A stretch of 62,896 nt of DNA, the filler included, from Calcarisporiella thermophila CBS 279.70 (Eukaryota; Fungi; Calcarisporiellomycota): NCBI RefSeq assembly GCF_041956535.1. It is 8 parts of 7 records of this genome, joined end to end, with 100 filler letters (N's around TTAATTAATTAA, not from the genome) between each part and the next. Parts side by side here need not be neighbours in the genome. Positions count along the whole stretch, not along the records: positions 16,671 to 34,689 come from NW_027192226.1; positions 34,790 to 43,660 come from NW_027192196.1; 6 more parts are not named here. One strand, written 5' to 3'. Position 1 is the first letter of the stretch. The number at the start of each line of letters is the position of its first letter. Below the pieces are notes generated by a model that worked only from the letters and a program-made list of their open reading frames with translations, ran no database searches and was not told the DNA's origin. Positions 24,991-37,989 of the stretch are shown here, in pieces. Position numbers and translations under genes: made by a program.

Positions 24991-25690
24991 ATGACAGCTA
25001 TCCTTTCCCCACCATTGGCTACCGAGAACACCATTCGCAAGCAACCGGCGAATGGCGAATCCTCAGCTATCGAGCTGCTTGAATCCGAGCGCGAAACCTT
25101 AGCCATTGTGCAAGAGCTTCGCACCGATCCCGAGTGGGAAATGTGGTCGCTGCCCGAGGGCATCCGGGGGGAGCATCATTTGACTCTCCATTCGTTACGA
25201 GGTGAAGGAAAACTGGCGCTGGATCCTCTCGTTTTCCATGGACGCGATAAGAAGCAGGCTGTCATAGTGACTCACTTGGGGCATGGGCTTTGTGGCCATC
25301 CCAAGATTATCCATGGCGGTCTACTAGCAACTCTCCTTGATGAGGCTTTTGGAATTATCGTACGTGACTTTTTTTTATTGCTGCTTTTCGGATGGTTTCC
25401 TTTATTCTATCCTGTGCATAGTTTGCTAATCTTTAGTTCTTTTGCTACTATAGGCACTTCCCAATCTCCCCGGAAATGTCGGCTTTACGGCCAACTTAAA
25501 CATCAACTACCGCCGCCCTTGCTTCTCCAACCAGTTTGTTGTCATAAGATCAAAGCTAGAGAAATTGGAGGGAAGAAAAGCCTACACGGAGGCCTCTATC
25601 AGCGATTTGGAGGGCAACGTGTTTGTCGATGGAACATCCTTGTTCGTATCGCCGAAAAAGAAAGAAGAGGATATGATCAAGCTAGAATGA
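24991..25690 (+). CDS. Hot-dog-fold acyl-CoA thioesterase (THEM4-like)
   Basis: LCGHPKIIHGGLLATLLDE, then intron ~25360-25453, then GFTANLNINYRRP...LEGRK...SLFVSP. Confidence 0.88.
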
Positions 25691-26377
25691 AGATAACATG
25701 AAACTAAGTTGTATCAAAGCTAAACAAAAGTAATACGGTTGGGCTCTATCCATGTACTTTATTATTTATGATACCTAGAAGATTAGAGAATAAATGAAGG
25801 ATTTAAAAACATGACTTGCTAATGTCCGATGGTCAAAATTCGGGAAAAAGTTTCAGCGATGACACCTATCTGGTATGGCTGAGCTTACACCACTAACAAC
25901 GCACCCAATACTCTCCTTTCCCCCAAAAATCTACCATCGGACTTATATTGTCCATTCTGCCATAGATAAGGACCAATAAAGGCTTACCGCCATACCATTC
26001 AACCATGGTGCCATAGTTGATTCAAAAGATCCTATGCATATCTACACCGTTCACCCAAGCTCCGGTTGAGTTTAACTGTTTGACACTAGGAATATGGTTC
26101 AGGGAGCTCTATCTGTATCGGGGCAGAATAATCCAAAGAAAAAAAAAATCATGGGACAAGCGCCTTTTAAATGTTGTCCTTAGCTCAGCATGTCATTCAA
26201 TTTTAAGTTTGAGTAATACGACCGTATTTGCATATCAAGCCTCTCTAAATAGCTTCAATCTTTCAAACTAGGCAAAACGAGCTAATAAGGCAAACAGTAT
26301 AGTCCATTATATCCAACATTTAACGTAGAATTAATTAGGTGGGTAGGAGTCTACCCTGGGGGGTTAAAGGAGCAGAA

Positions 26378-28082
26378 TTATTTACAGACGTCAGCGCCCA
26401 TCCATCGTCGACAACGCTGTCCTGCGGCACAGTCCGAATCTACAGAGCACACACAAAAATCTTCAAGGGCACAATGCTTCGTGTTAGTGGGGACCTGGAC
26501 AGCGTCTGCCAGCCCAAGCATTCGGCGCCCGAAATGATTCAAAAAGATCCCCTTGGGATCGTAGCGCGATACAATCTCGGCAAATTTTTTCGCGTGGGGG
26601 TACTTGCTGTAGAACATCTTCTTTGACGAGTAGTACAAGCCATTCTTTCCGTAGTGCGGACGCCCATCAATCTTATTCACCTAGGCAATGTATAAAGGAA
26701 TATACAGTATGTATTGAGAAGAGGGAGCGGATGATAGGATGACTGGAGAACCAAAAAAAGCATCACGCTTACAAGTAGCTGCTCGATAGCCTGGTAAGAT
26801 GCCAAGCCTAGCCGCGGCTGGTTGATGTCATCTTTGCGCATCACGGTGTAGATATCGATGTGGACAGACTCACGACCCGAGTCCAAAGCTATTAGCGAGC
26901 TCGAAGCCCGAGTAAATCTGAAATTGATACCATTAAGCGGGAAGGAAACGGGAGCTTCATTATACACTCTCTGAATCGTATGGACCACCTCATCAAGCCT
27001 GCTAATGTCGAAAGACAGGGCAAATGAGTTATCCCTAAGGGGCAATGCTTTTGGCGTCCATGCGCAGTTTTGGCAGCGACCTACGAGAATTTTGTGAGAA
27101 TAGCCGGTGCCAGGGTTCTTGAGAGTGGCTCCATCCTCGGTGAGGACAGGAGGCTTTCCCAGAACTCGACGATAGAGCGAGAGTTGGGTCAGATCTTGAA
27201 ACAGGAACATACTCGCTTGAAGGTTTAAGGCTTGGCTAACTTCAAGCATGGTGCTGTAGCCAGCGACCACAAGAGGTGAAAAATCAGGGATCAAATTCAT
27301 CTTAGCGTTTCCATCGGCCTTGCTCGTGGTGTAGTTTCCAGCAGACACCACAACCGAGCGGGTCGACGGGAACCACCACAGTTGGAAGAAATCAAACTTG
27401 CGTGCCATTGTTAACGCCTGGCCATTGAGGAGGATGTCCTGCGAAACACGGTAATTGTGGATACTGATTTTGTACTGTGGGACGACTGATAGTGTCACGT
27501 CTACAATAATGCCTAGTAAGCCAAGGTGGACGCGAAAAGCAGCAAAATCAGGTGAATTTGCACTAATACGACGCAGTCGGCCGCTCGCGTCTACAAAAGC
27601 CATCCTGACAGCGAGCTCCGAGAGAGAGCCCGGGTGGAGAAGTGAGCTACCGTGGCCCCAGTGGCAATCCCTCCTCCAACCGAGATGCCTCCAAAGGAAG
27701 GACTGTGTTCTAGTGCAAGCCCTTTAGAGTGAAGCTGTGTCATCAAATCCAACACCTGTATCCCTGCGCCTGCTGTTACCGTCATATCGTTGTTGAATTT
27801 GACGCTTCGAATATTTGCCATGAAAATAGCAATTCCTTCGGTGCAAAAGTTATCATTCGCAGAGTGCCGGCTGCCGACCGCTCTGACTGTCTGGTTTCTG
27901 CGAGCGGCCTCCCTGACTATGGTCTGGATTTCAGTCACCGTTTTCGGATAAACGATGGCGGTGGCATTGCATTTGATGTTTCGCTTATACGTGGTGTACT
28001 GAATGCCATGCGTGGTAGATGCTAATACAATAATGAGCGGAAAGATAAGTAAAGAAGGGAAGGGGAATCGAAACAGTTTCAT
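26378..28082 (-). pseudogene. Secreted L-gulonolactone/D-arabinono-lactone oxidase-like protein (plant GULLO-type), with a 1-nt frameshift
   Basis: Signal peptide, AVGSRHS FAD His, GGGIATGA/HGSS broken by a frameshift at ~27655, VHLGLLGII, RPHYGKN, YDPKGIFLN, Cys-rich tail CALEDFCVCSVDSDC; one intron ~26681-26771. Confidence 0.8.
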
Positions 28083-28609
28083 TGCGAGGAGCTATGAAGA
28101 TGTTTTCCTGAATGCAAATTCGCGATAAGAATGCCGCACCTTCTACCTCGACGATAAAACCTTTATATTTACCCCGTAGATTCCAGGGGCCAAACCTAAC
28201 TTAATGCGATACAAGTTCCCTCGATGAGAGCCGCCCGGAGAGAAAGCACGGTGAAGATAGTATGTCGTTCAACTATATTAGTGCATTTAATAATTATATA
28301 TTAAGCAAGAGCAATTAGCACTCCGACTCCGTTGCAATCAAGTGCTCAATAGGAAAATAGAGTCTTGGATTTTTAAGCAAGCTTGCGTCTCGGGTTTGTA
28401 GGGGCCCGGAAGAAATCGAGACGCCGCGAAAAGCATGCATTGGGCTATGCAGATTTAGAGGATCCTTCGGTTGTGAGAATTACTGGAAAGGTTCAATAAA
28501 CAAAAACAAACAAAAAGAGTTATGAAAAAAAACAAACGAAAAATGCAGAGCGTATTATTTGGGATTTACAATTGCCAAATATATCATCTCAATTCAAAGC
28601 ATATATCCT

Positions 28610-29350
28610 ACATGGCCTGCAATGGAGCAGCCCAACTCTCCTTGCAAGTCTCCTCCGAGCAATTACAAACTAAAATAGTCAGATGGGTGTATCTTCATAG
28701 GTTGCGATGTCTCAGGTGTTTCTCGCTCTAGTATAAAATGAAGAGACTCTGCTTAATATCAATTGCGAAATTGTCACCTAGCAGCCTGCACAATGAACTC
28801 ATATCCAGCGCGATATTAGAGCAATAGAACCAAGCATACACCTGTCTCCACCATCAGTTTCCGATGCCTATGATTGTTTTCTGATTTTTCCTGCTTCTGC
28901 TATAAATAGTCGAGTGATAAAAGCGGTAGCCTCAACTTGTTTGAATGCCCGCAAGCCGAAAGAAATTTACAGGATCGTGCTGGTGACGGAAGCATTCAAA
29001 AACATGTCACGCGTCAGTAGTATATTGCATCATCTATAAATCCTCTAGTTTCGCGCAGATTTCGTGAAAAGCCTTGCCACAACGTGTGCTTGAGCACTGC
29101 ACACTTGCCTCATGTTTTGTAGTCTTGTATAGGAGACATTGTCAATTCCAGCGAGCTCGGGGTATATCAGCAAGCCTGTATGCGCCTAATACTCCGATAG
29201 AAGTGGATGGATCCTCCACTGGCCCTTTACCGGCCACATTATAGGACTTGACTTCTTCGTCCCAAAATACACCTACAGAGTGTTCACGCGCGGCAAGTAT
29301 ACTATTTGAATTTTTCACAGATCACTCCCTGGACACGTCGGGGCTAAAGA
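28610..29350 (-). pseudogene. Decayed ePHD + SET/post-SET histone methyltransferase-like gene
   Basis: IPRARWN*QCLLY...VQCSSTRCGKAFHEICA...FECFRH (extended PHD), FGLRAFKQVEATAFIT and LGDNFAID (SET-like), VCNCSEETCK (post-SET-like); many stops. Confidence 0.55.
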
Positions 29351-30304
29351 AAGTTCTGAACATATCTGTTCCGTAAAGCGGGGCATTGAAGGTGAGTTTT
29401 TCCAGTAATATCTCTCCAGGGATTTGCGACATTCTGCTTCGTAGAGTGAATCGGGTTTACGAAATCTGCATCTGTATCGATTTCGCGGCCGGTCCTTCGT
29501 CGCGTCAGCGCAGGATTTGGCAGATTAAGGCTGCCTTCAAAATGTAGCTCGCTGGATGGGCGAGTGGATGCATTCAGTATAATATGGCCACTCATACTCT
29601 CTCTATCGATCGACAGGTCCGAACCATAGAGCGAAGAATTGTTAACCAAAGGAATCCAGCTCTGCTGGTCTCCACTATTTCTCGGGTTACAATGTTGAGT
29701 TTGCATTATGCGTTATGAATTCTACTGCAGCGTTATTTTAGGTGCATACGTCAGGCTCGTGTCAAAGAGGTCAACTGTAAGCTCTGAATACTTCCTACCA
29801 TATCTCAATGAATGGTTGGTCATCCTCATCACCGCCCACATGTTGCCAATCAAATGGAAGTCGTTCATCAAACCAATCGAATAAGACCCTGCATGAAAGA
29901 GTTCAATCACGGGAAATCCCAAGCTCAGGTCCACAGCTTAATAAAGGCAATTTGATTTTGCCTAATATGCAAGAAGTTGTCATCCTTGACTAGTGGTGTG
30001 GCATGACAACAGTGTTTGGCGGTGCCTAATTTCATAGAGTTCGCCTGGTGCTCCCTTTTCAGATCCAACTCTTCATGCATGGATTGCTAGGACAGATCGT
30101 TTGAATTATCCAGCAAGCACAAATACAAGCCAGTGGATCATACATTAGAGTTAGCAACCATTATCAAAAAGTAAACTACAGCGTAACCATGTACAAATCG
30201 TAAAAAAGCGGGATATAGGGTCCAGGTGACAAATGCAGGTAGCGATAGAGAGTGAAGGAGGGAGATGGATGCAATTTTTGGAAAAAAACAAACATGTAAA
30301 TTTG

Positions 30305-33300
30305 TCAAAAAAAATACTCATATTGAAGGTCCTTTGAAAACTCATGCAGAATTCCACTATTGTTTGTGTGGAGATGTAGGAACCCACTCGTACAGGCAGC
30401 GGCCAGCAAAGTTTCGTCTACAATAGCCATAATAAAAGTTCTCAGGAAAACAGGGGCAGCTAAAAGTCCAACATGGCATGTCTTACCTTGGGAGAGCGCC
30501 ACATAGGAAACAGGGTCATCGCCATGATCATAGAATTTCACCAGTGAATCCTGCCTCCCAGTATGCCACACCCTTACTTTCCCATCCGCACCACCGGACA
30601 GTAAAAAATCACCCCCACGTGCCCATACGGCATTCATAATCCCCCCGTGAGGTATCTCCATTACAGGATCTATTCCATTAAGATGCAAATAAAAACATTT
30701 GTTTAAGAACCAAGCAGAATGGTGGTTTCAGTCATTAATCGAGGCCGCTTACTCTCATGAGCAAAGATATTGAGCGGTTGATCTCCCTTGCGGAGGTCGA
30801 ACAAAAATACTCGATTGTCCATCCCACAGCTTGCAACGTACCTCTCGCATGGGCTGGCAAATCGTTGTTCCCCAAAAAAGAACGAATGAGCTGATCGTTA
30901 TACCACCATGTCACATGAAAGAGTAGATCACCTTATTGTGACTGAGTTCATGTCGTTCTGTTCAGTCTTGAAACAGAGCACTTCTGCATGGGTCGATTGG
31001 TCGAAGATCCGGATATATTCATCACCCACTGAATCGTCCGAAGCGCCACCTGAGCTCCCAATGGCAAGGTAGGTGCCTTCATAATAAAAAAACGTAAATT
31101 TTTATAAGTGCCATGGTGGCAGAGATGGTTCTGAATTCAAAATATTCACCTGTGGCGGTAGTATCAATGCATGAAACGCTTGCCAGTAAGTGCTCGAGCT
31201 CCGACTCGATTACTAGGCGATCGGGAGTGAGTTGCCAAAATACGAGCTGGTAAAGAACGCGTCAGAGGATTTGTAGAAAATGGGAGGAGAGGATGGAGAA
31301 AATTTCTTACACAGCCTCTGCGTGAGGAACGTGTCCCTTCAAATCCCGCTACAACATGCTGGGTATAAAATGAATTGATAAAGTCAACACAGGATATATT
31401 CCTAGCCGTGCACACATGGAAGGTGAGTATCAATAAATGCTGGAATATGTATTATTAGGGCCTCTACCTTCTCTTTTTTTTCGTCGGCGCAAGAAGCGGA
31501 TTGCCGTCCATTTCGCCGTGCTCATCAATAACCCAGATCTTTGTCTCACTACAAAATAAACAATGGCATCCATTCACATCTACTAGAAGACATGGCCATA
31601 GTTGAATATGCAATACCTCTCTTCCCCACATGTCGCCACCACATTGCGGTCACCGGGCATCAGTGCCATTCTATTTATGGAGGCACTGTGTTTCCCAGTA
31701 GCTCTACAGGGTTGTCCGGTTTCAGCGGAAAACACCTACGATTTTGAGCCAACGCTATTAGGCGTATATTTCGTGAGCGCTTTGTCTAAAATATTAACCC
31801 ACCCGAAAACAGCGATCGAAGCCACACGAAAAGATGAACTGCTCATTATTCGAATATTTTACGTCAGTCACCGTAGTAAACAGACTTTGACCTAAGTTGT
31901 AAACAGCCCCTATTAAACCAAATCATACAGTTCGATAACCTAAGTCAACCAACCAGCACCCGGTGATTTAGTCGTATGCCCACTAAGGTATCTTAAACGT
32001 CCTAAGAGTAGAGCCATTAGCCGTCGCTAGAAAAGAGGAGAGAGATGGGTGAATCTATGGATACCTTTTTCAAGATCGCAAACTGCTAGAGTCCCCTTGT
32101 CATTATAGACGGGATTCGCAAGGGAAGCAATAGCAACACAAAATCTGTTCATTTAAGTAGAGCGGGAAAATAATCAACGTAAATCAAATGTGGCAATACT
32201 GGTGGCTTTGGGCAGAAGAGATACCCACCTATTCTTCTCGGCAATCGCGAGCTCTCCGATTTCTCCGCTGGCTACATGAAGACTTGCAGCAAGCTCAAGG
32301 CTACAAATATTTCGAGCACATAAAGCACTCTGTAAAGAACAGCAAAAATTTAGTAAAAAAAAGAAGCAAGGTGGGAGAAAAATAAAAAAAAAAACTAGCC
32401 TGATATGCCTTATTGGGACCATGAATTTCTCTCGATCCAACATATCGCACTCCAGACTTCCGAAAATTAAAGCTTCTTTGCCTTCTTTTCAGCCCACTTA
32501 ATTCTTTGTCCCTATTTTGATTCAGTTTGTTGGAGGCTACATAAGCAGCATCTAACATTGTATTTGATGAGTGAGCTGATAAGACTGCAAAAAAAAAAAC
32601 TTACAGTTGGAGTTGGATATAAAAGGCTGTTTTGAATTTTGTTTTCCAAGCTTTTTTTGGCGAAGAAACGATTGGCGCCGAAGCATCACGTACTCATATA
32701 CCTATTGTTTCATATTTAGAGCCATCAAAGAGGTTAAGCACTCGATAAATAGTACTAACACTCTCGCGCCTTCCAGAATCCAACTTATTACTCGTTGGAC
32801 AGGAAAATTTCCAATTTTCCGTTACCACTGTGGATCCGAAGTTCTGGTCAGCTAGAGGATATGATGTCGAGAAATTTTTACGAGACGGCTGTTTTTTCAG
32901 CGCTTTTGGTGAACGAGTATTTATAGGACCATCATGCCTACCACCCGTTATCCCTTCACGCTCAACCACTCGCAAGCCTGAATTGTTGATCTCCATCACG
33001 TCCATTCCATCCTGTTGCTCCTCATGGCTCGCGCTCGTTCTAATAGAATCAACTCCTCTGTTCGCCTGACCTCTCTCGCCGTCGGTAAAGATTTCAATTG
33101 CAGACTCGCTGTCAGACTCGATTACAAACGTATCGGTGGGGGAAGCGATTGAGAAATATGCGGAGACAGAGGCAGACTCTTCGGTGTCCTCTATTTCGAT
33201 GGCCGCAAGCTCAGAAGATGAAGTGCCTCTACTGGGCGGCGCATTGCAACTTTGTAGTTGATTGGGGAGCAATGGTACGGGGTTGGTTGGAGGCGGGGAG

Positions 33301-34182
33301 TCAGTAGCTTCCTCATCTGAAACCAAATCAATGACGACGGTCTCAGCTGGTAACGAGGGCGGCGGGGGAGGAGGACGACTTCTTATGGACAAAGAGCCGC
33401 GAGGAAAGAGTTGGTGGGATGAAGGACGAGCCGTGGTTCTAAGTAATTGCTTTGCACTTTGGCGCTGGCGTTTCGGAGAAGGTCTATCCTCGTCTTCCGA
33501 TAATACTAGAGACATAAGCCCAGCATTAGGTTTGGCTCTATATAATACAATCGAGCACATAAGCATATGAAAATATACTCTCTATAATTTCCGGTGATGG
33601 TTGTGGAACCCGATGGGTGCGACAATTCAAGGGGGGATTTGAATGGGAGTTGTTCGGAAAACTTTGTGTAGGAGCTGCTTGGGACCCAGTAGCCGGAGTA
33701 TAATGCAAGAATGTATCCTCTCTGTGCGAATAGTTCGAGCTAGATCCGCCATTCGGAAGAATGTGTGGGTGTAATTGGTGGACCTTTGGCCTTATAATAG
33801 CCTCTCGCCTTATTGCTAGCGGATTATCAAGGTTTAGCAGATCACTGATCACAGGAATTTGACTACAAAGATAACCATTGGATTGGATGACAAGCTCACG
33901 AAGCTGTTTCTTCGCCTCGTCCCAATCACGCTCTGCAGCGACCAAGCCGCTTAGAATTCGTGCATCCAGATTGTTCTGGTTCTCGATGTATCTGGCCAAA
34001 CCATCATTGTGTTTTTCAGTGGCCCGCTGCATACATGTCTGGATGCCAAAGAGGGCACGGATCTGGGATCTAAAGTCGAATCAGCACGAGATGCACTTCA
34101 AGTGCTCGTATAAAAGGCAGACTCACTCGAAAACGCGATCAAGCTCATGACTTTTCGGAATCCTTTGGATCTCCTCTCGCAT
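30305..34182 (-). CDS. Multi-exon WD40-repeat protein with low-complexity N-half; Raf1/Dos1(Clr8)-like
   Basis: WD repeats YVASCGMDNRVFLFDLR and LLSGGADGKVRVWH. Upstream SREIHG...ASGEIGELA...AIASLANPVYNDKGTLAVCDL and QNDMNSVTISP resemble fungal Rik1-associated factor 1. Start at 34182 is inferred. Confidence 0.7.
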
Positions 34183-34654
34183 GGCTGCTCGGGAAAGGGA
34201 TGCCAGGATGAAAGAGCGCAGAACGGGAGTTTCTAGTAATGTCAAAACAACAAACGTCGGAATTTGAATTCCATTGTCAATCCCCCTTGATGCGGCGTCC
34301 CCTCCAGAATCGTGTTGTATCTTCGACTCGTGCAATAAACAAACCCTTTATGTTGTCCCCGCTCGGCTGCATGCATCCCGCTTAGACCAAGCGGTATTCG
34401 CAGAGCGGAATTGTACCGTGGCAGCACCGAGGGATATACGGCCATATTTCCGGCATCGTAGTTCGGCATTTCATACGCTTCATATGCTCTACGACCCTAT
34501 GAGTTGGTTTCGTAGTTACGTATAGTGAATGAGCCTGCCCAGAACTTAACCTCTGGTCGGCTTGAGCTCTATACAATAAAGATAGTTTCTTTGAAAGGTG
34601 ACCTCTTGGTGCGATAGTTTATTGACGTATAATATGCCTTTCATTATAAACTTA

Positions 34655-34689
34655 GTTTTTTTACGGATCTTTATTGAAGAGTATCCTCA
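34655..34689 (-). mobile_element. 3' end (poly-A plus hairpin) of the same retroposon family seen at 48440-49654
   Basis: TTTTTTTACGGATCTTTATTGAAGAGTATCCT matches the AGGAYCTTTATTGAAAAGT..CCT motif; cut by the contig end. Confidence 0.55.
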
Positions 34690-35099
34690 NNNNNNNNNNN
34701 NNNNNNNNNNNNNNNNNNNNNNNNNNNNNNNNNTTAATTAATTAANNNNNNNNNNNNNNNNNNNNNNNNNNNNNNNNNNNNNNNNNNNNAAGTAAGAAGT
34801 GGAGGGGAGTTGAAAGCAAAGTCTGTTTCGTTTCGTGAATATGCTATATTGTTCGAAAGGAAGGCAGTCGAAAAACCAGTGTTGCATAATTTTTGGAACT
34901 GAGAAAATCAGCCAATATACCACTTCTCGCCATGGATAATGCCAAAGAGTAAATTATTAGTTCATATAGAGAGTTGAATTAGAAATTTGACTGCTTTTAT
35001 AAATTAGTGATAGTAAGAGCAAGATTTGTACGTTGACATATAAGATCTCTCCTACTACATCAAGTCTCCTAGAAAGAGTTAACAAAGCCTATTGATCAA

Positions 35100-36631
35100 A
35101 AAATCAAGATCTATTTCTCGTATCTCTACTGTTAAGTTTCTATGATGCAACTGGGGAACTGATGCTATCACTATACCTTGAGATTAATGGGCGGGAGTTT
35201 TGAAACGACCAGATAGATATTTCAAGAACTGTTGGATGCTTCGAAGTCATCTGTCCAGTTAATTTGACTACAGTTAACGCACAAACACTTGATATGTCTA
35301 TCTAGGAAGTGAAAAAGATGCTTATGGAAATCCAATACAACGTAATATCCTATGGTGCTATCAACTTTCCACCTTCTTTAACTGAAGCGACTAAGACGAT
35401 TGAAGGACGCAAAGCTCTGCCAATATATTTTTATTTTTGCAATGAGCCCAGCGATTTTGAAGTGGGTGACGCACTCATTGCTATGGTTGAGAATATTTCA
35501 AATAGTACAAAATATAAAAATGTTCTGCGCTGGGAATTGAGAGGTCTATAGATGACAGAAAATGCCTATAGTTGAACTTCGCATTTAATTCATCCTTATT
35601 CCACTCTGACATCCTAGCCACATGGGGGGAAAAATGGGTCGAGACAATGGAGAGATCCGTTGACTACTGCTGCGACCCAAGCACTCCTGGTGGTATCGAT
35701 GTGACTGATTTCGTCCTCCTGAATGATCCAGCTCTTGTCTTCGAGTTCGAAGAGGTTAACGACTCTTGGAGTCAAACCCCGCGATATAGAGGACAGCTAT
35801 CCTGCTACCCCTTTGCAGACTAGCTTCATTTCGGCTCTGGCTTGAGACCCTCAGTCATAAGTGGTGCAAGCGGTGCACGATATCGAGGGCGATTTCGATG
35901 AGCATCATCTCAAGTCTGCCTGGTACGGGGTTGCAGCTGCCAACACCATTCTACGCACGGCATTTGTAGCCACTCAAGCGGGTGTATTCCAAGTGGTGCT
36001 GAAATCCTCTGCAAACATCTTCGAGGAGACAATGGAGTGTAGCGAGAGCGAGGTCGATAAGCTGCACGAATATTATTTAACCGCTGAACATAGCCGGGGA
36101 TTCGGGTTAGATTGTACGGCTTTTTCCAGAGCCACAATACTACGAATTAGGGGGACAAACCGACACAGACTCTTTTGGACCCTGCATCACTCTATCATTG
36201 TTGGCTGGTCGCTCCCCATATTATTCGACGATAGATTGAAGGCATACTCTGAAGGGGTTGAAGAGGTTGAAATCCGGCCACCATTCAAGGCACATGTTGA
36301 ATCCATCCTCTCGACGGACCTCGAGGAGGCCAAAGAGTACTGGAAGTCGGTGTTTGCGGGAGCAATTGTACCTGGGAAACTGAGTGTTTCAGGTGGAAAT
36401 GGCAATCTTAATAAGGAAGGCACAATCACTCAGAAGTACGATTTGGAAGTACCAGTTGAGCAGCTACAAGCCTATTGTAAGAGTCGCGTAGTAAGATTAT
36501 CGAATTTTTTACGATCTATATGGGCTATTGTCCTGCGATATTATACTAGTTGTAATGACGTGATCTTTGGATGTGTAATTATGGGGCGTGATATTTATAC
36601 ATCTCGTATTATTTCAATAGTGAAAATTTAA
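35100..36631 (+). pseudogene. NRPS relic (epimerisation-domain C-terminus plus condensation domain)
   Basis: VKKMLMEIQYNVISYG, TPGGIDVTDF, YPATPLQ, ILRTAF, degenerate C-domain core LHHSIIVGWS, RPPFKAHV, EYWK, VIFGCVIMGR; stops and frameshifts. Confidence 0.8.
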
Positions 36632-37386
36632 TCTTTTAAATGGTCTATATTCTTTCCATTAATCTGAAAAGCAAAATAAATAGCCATTTGTTAATGGGAC
36701 ATACAACACTTAATGGGTGAGAAAGTAGCTAATTATTGGAATGAAGGAATAGTCAAAAAAGAGTATTAAGTTAAATTACCTGGCACATAAAACATTTTAG
36801 CGTTTATGAATGATATTACGATTAATTTTATAATTGTACGATTTTTAAACATCCTATAGCAAAAGTGGCGTTAGAAGTATCACATTTTCTTCCATTAACA
36901 GTATATTGTCCAGAAAAAAACAAGAGAAGTTAAAAAATTTTAAAAGAAATTTATGTAGTTAAGCTAAATTGATGACAAATGAGAACAATTACCAAATTTG
37001 GAGAAAATCATTTACCACGCCACATAATTATTATTAATAACACGATCTGAGATTTAAAAATTCGATTAATATACTTAATCAATCTGCATATGCACTTTGC
37101 CTCTAACCGATTTTATTGGCTTTGAGCAAGAAAGAAGGCTTTCGTTTTTTAAAATAAAACAATATGATAATGAGAACATTGTTATTCACAAGCCAACCAT
37201 CTTAGTATTACCCGAGCCTATATTTTCTAAGCCCATTTTATATTTAAGCCAAGAGAAAAAAAATATAAAGAAGTGATTTCTGGACATTATCGAAATAGAG
37301 AGTTAAATCTATTACTCTTAAAGGTTTCTAGTTCGCTTAGCTTAACCTTTATATACATCAGCCCTATGAGAATATTAGTTGTTGAA

Positions 37387-37656
37387 ATGAATAAACAAGT
37401 TATTTTATTACTATTTTTCCATATAATCAATTTCGTAAGCGCTGGGCCTTGCTCATCCTTGTACTGTTGCAACAGGATAAATCATGGAACTAATTATATC
37501 GGCGATACCAAGAGTTGCTGCATTGGCATTGGAAACGTTTATAATGATGAATGCTGGGATGTCCAAAATGAGAATAATTTCTTTGATTGCTGTCTTTCTC
37601 AGGGTTGGTTCACTAAAGGCTGTTACCACAGTTATTCCACTTGTCCAAGAAAATGA
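37387..37656 (+). CDS. Small secreted cysteine-rich protein, KP6-like
   Basis: 89 aa, signal peptide MNKQVILLLFFHIINFVSA, 10 Cys in the mature part (C-CC-CC-C-CC-C-C). Confidence 0.75.
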   Translation: MNKQVILLLFFHIINFVSAGPCSSLYCCNRINHGTNYIGDTKSCCIGIGNVYNDECWDVQNENNFFDCCLSQGWFTKGCYHSYSTCPRK

Positions 37657-37989
37657 GCATTAATTCTAATAAACATACTGTAATTTTACAAAGAGCCTTG
37701 AAAATGGTGCGTCAGTCTCATTGTGTCATTAAGAGCAAAACTCTGATACACTCGGTTAGCTATAAAATTATTATTCTCTATTAATTACAAATTAAGCATC
37801 GAATAGCATATAGGATCCTAAGATTATAAGCTTGCCAATTTTGAGGAAAAAAGATTGTAACTTTGTCCATGTATATTTTTCTGACAATATTTTATTTTGT
37901 GATTGTATTTTGAGCAAAATATAGATTTCGAATGAATGATTAAGATAACTCAGCTATCTTAGAGAATAATAATGTATAATTTATACTTA

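Noticed and set aside
34340-34580. RNase MRP RNA (GTCCCCG and ATAGTGA resemble CR-I and CR-IV)
   Set aside because: No downstream GGGGCT-type CR-V to close helix P4.
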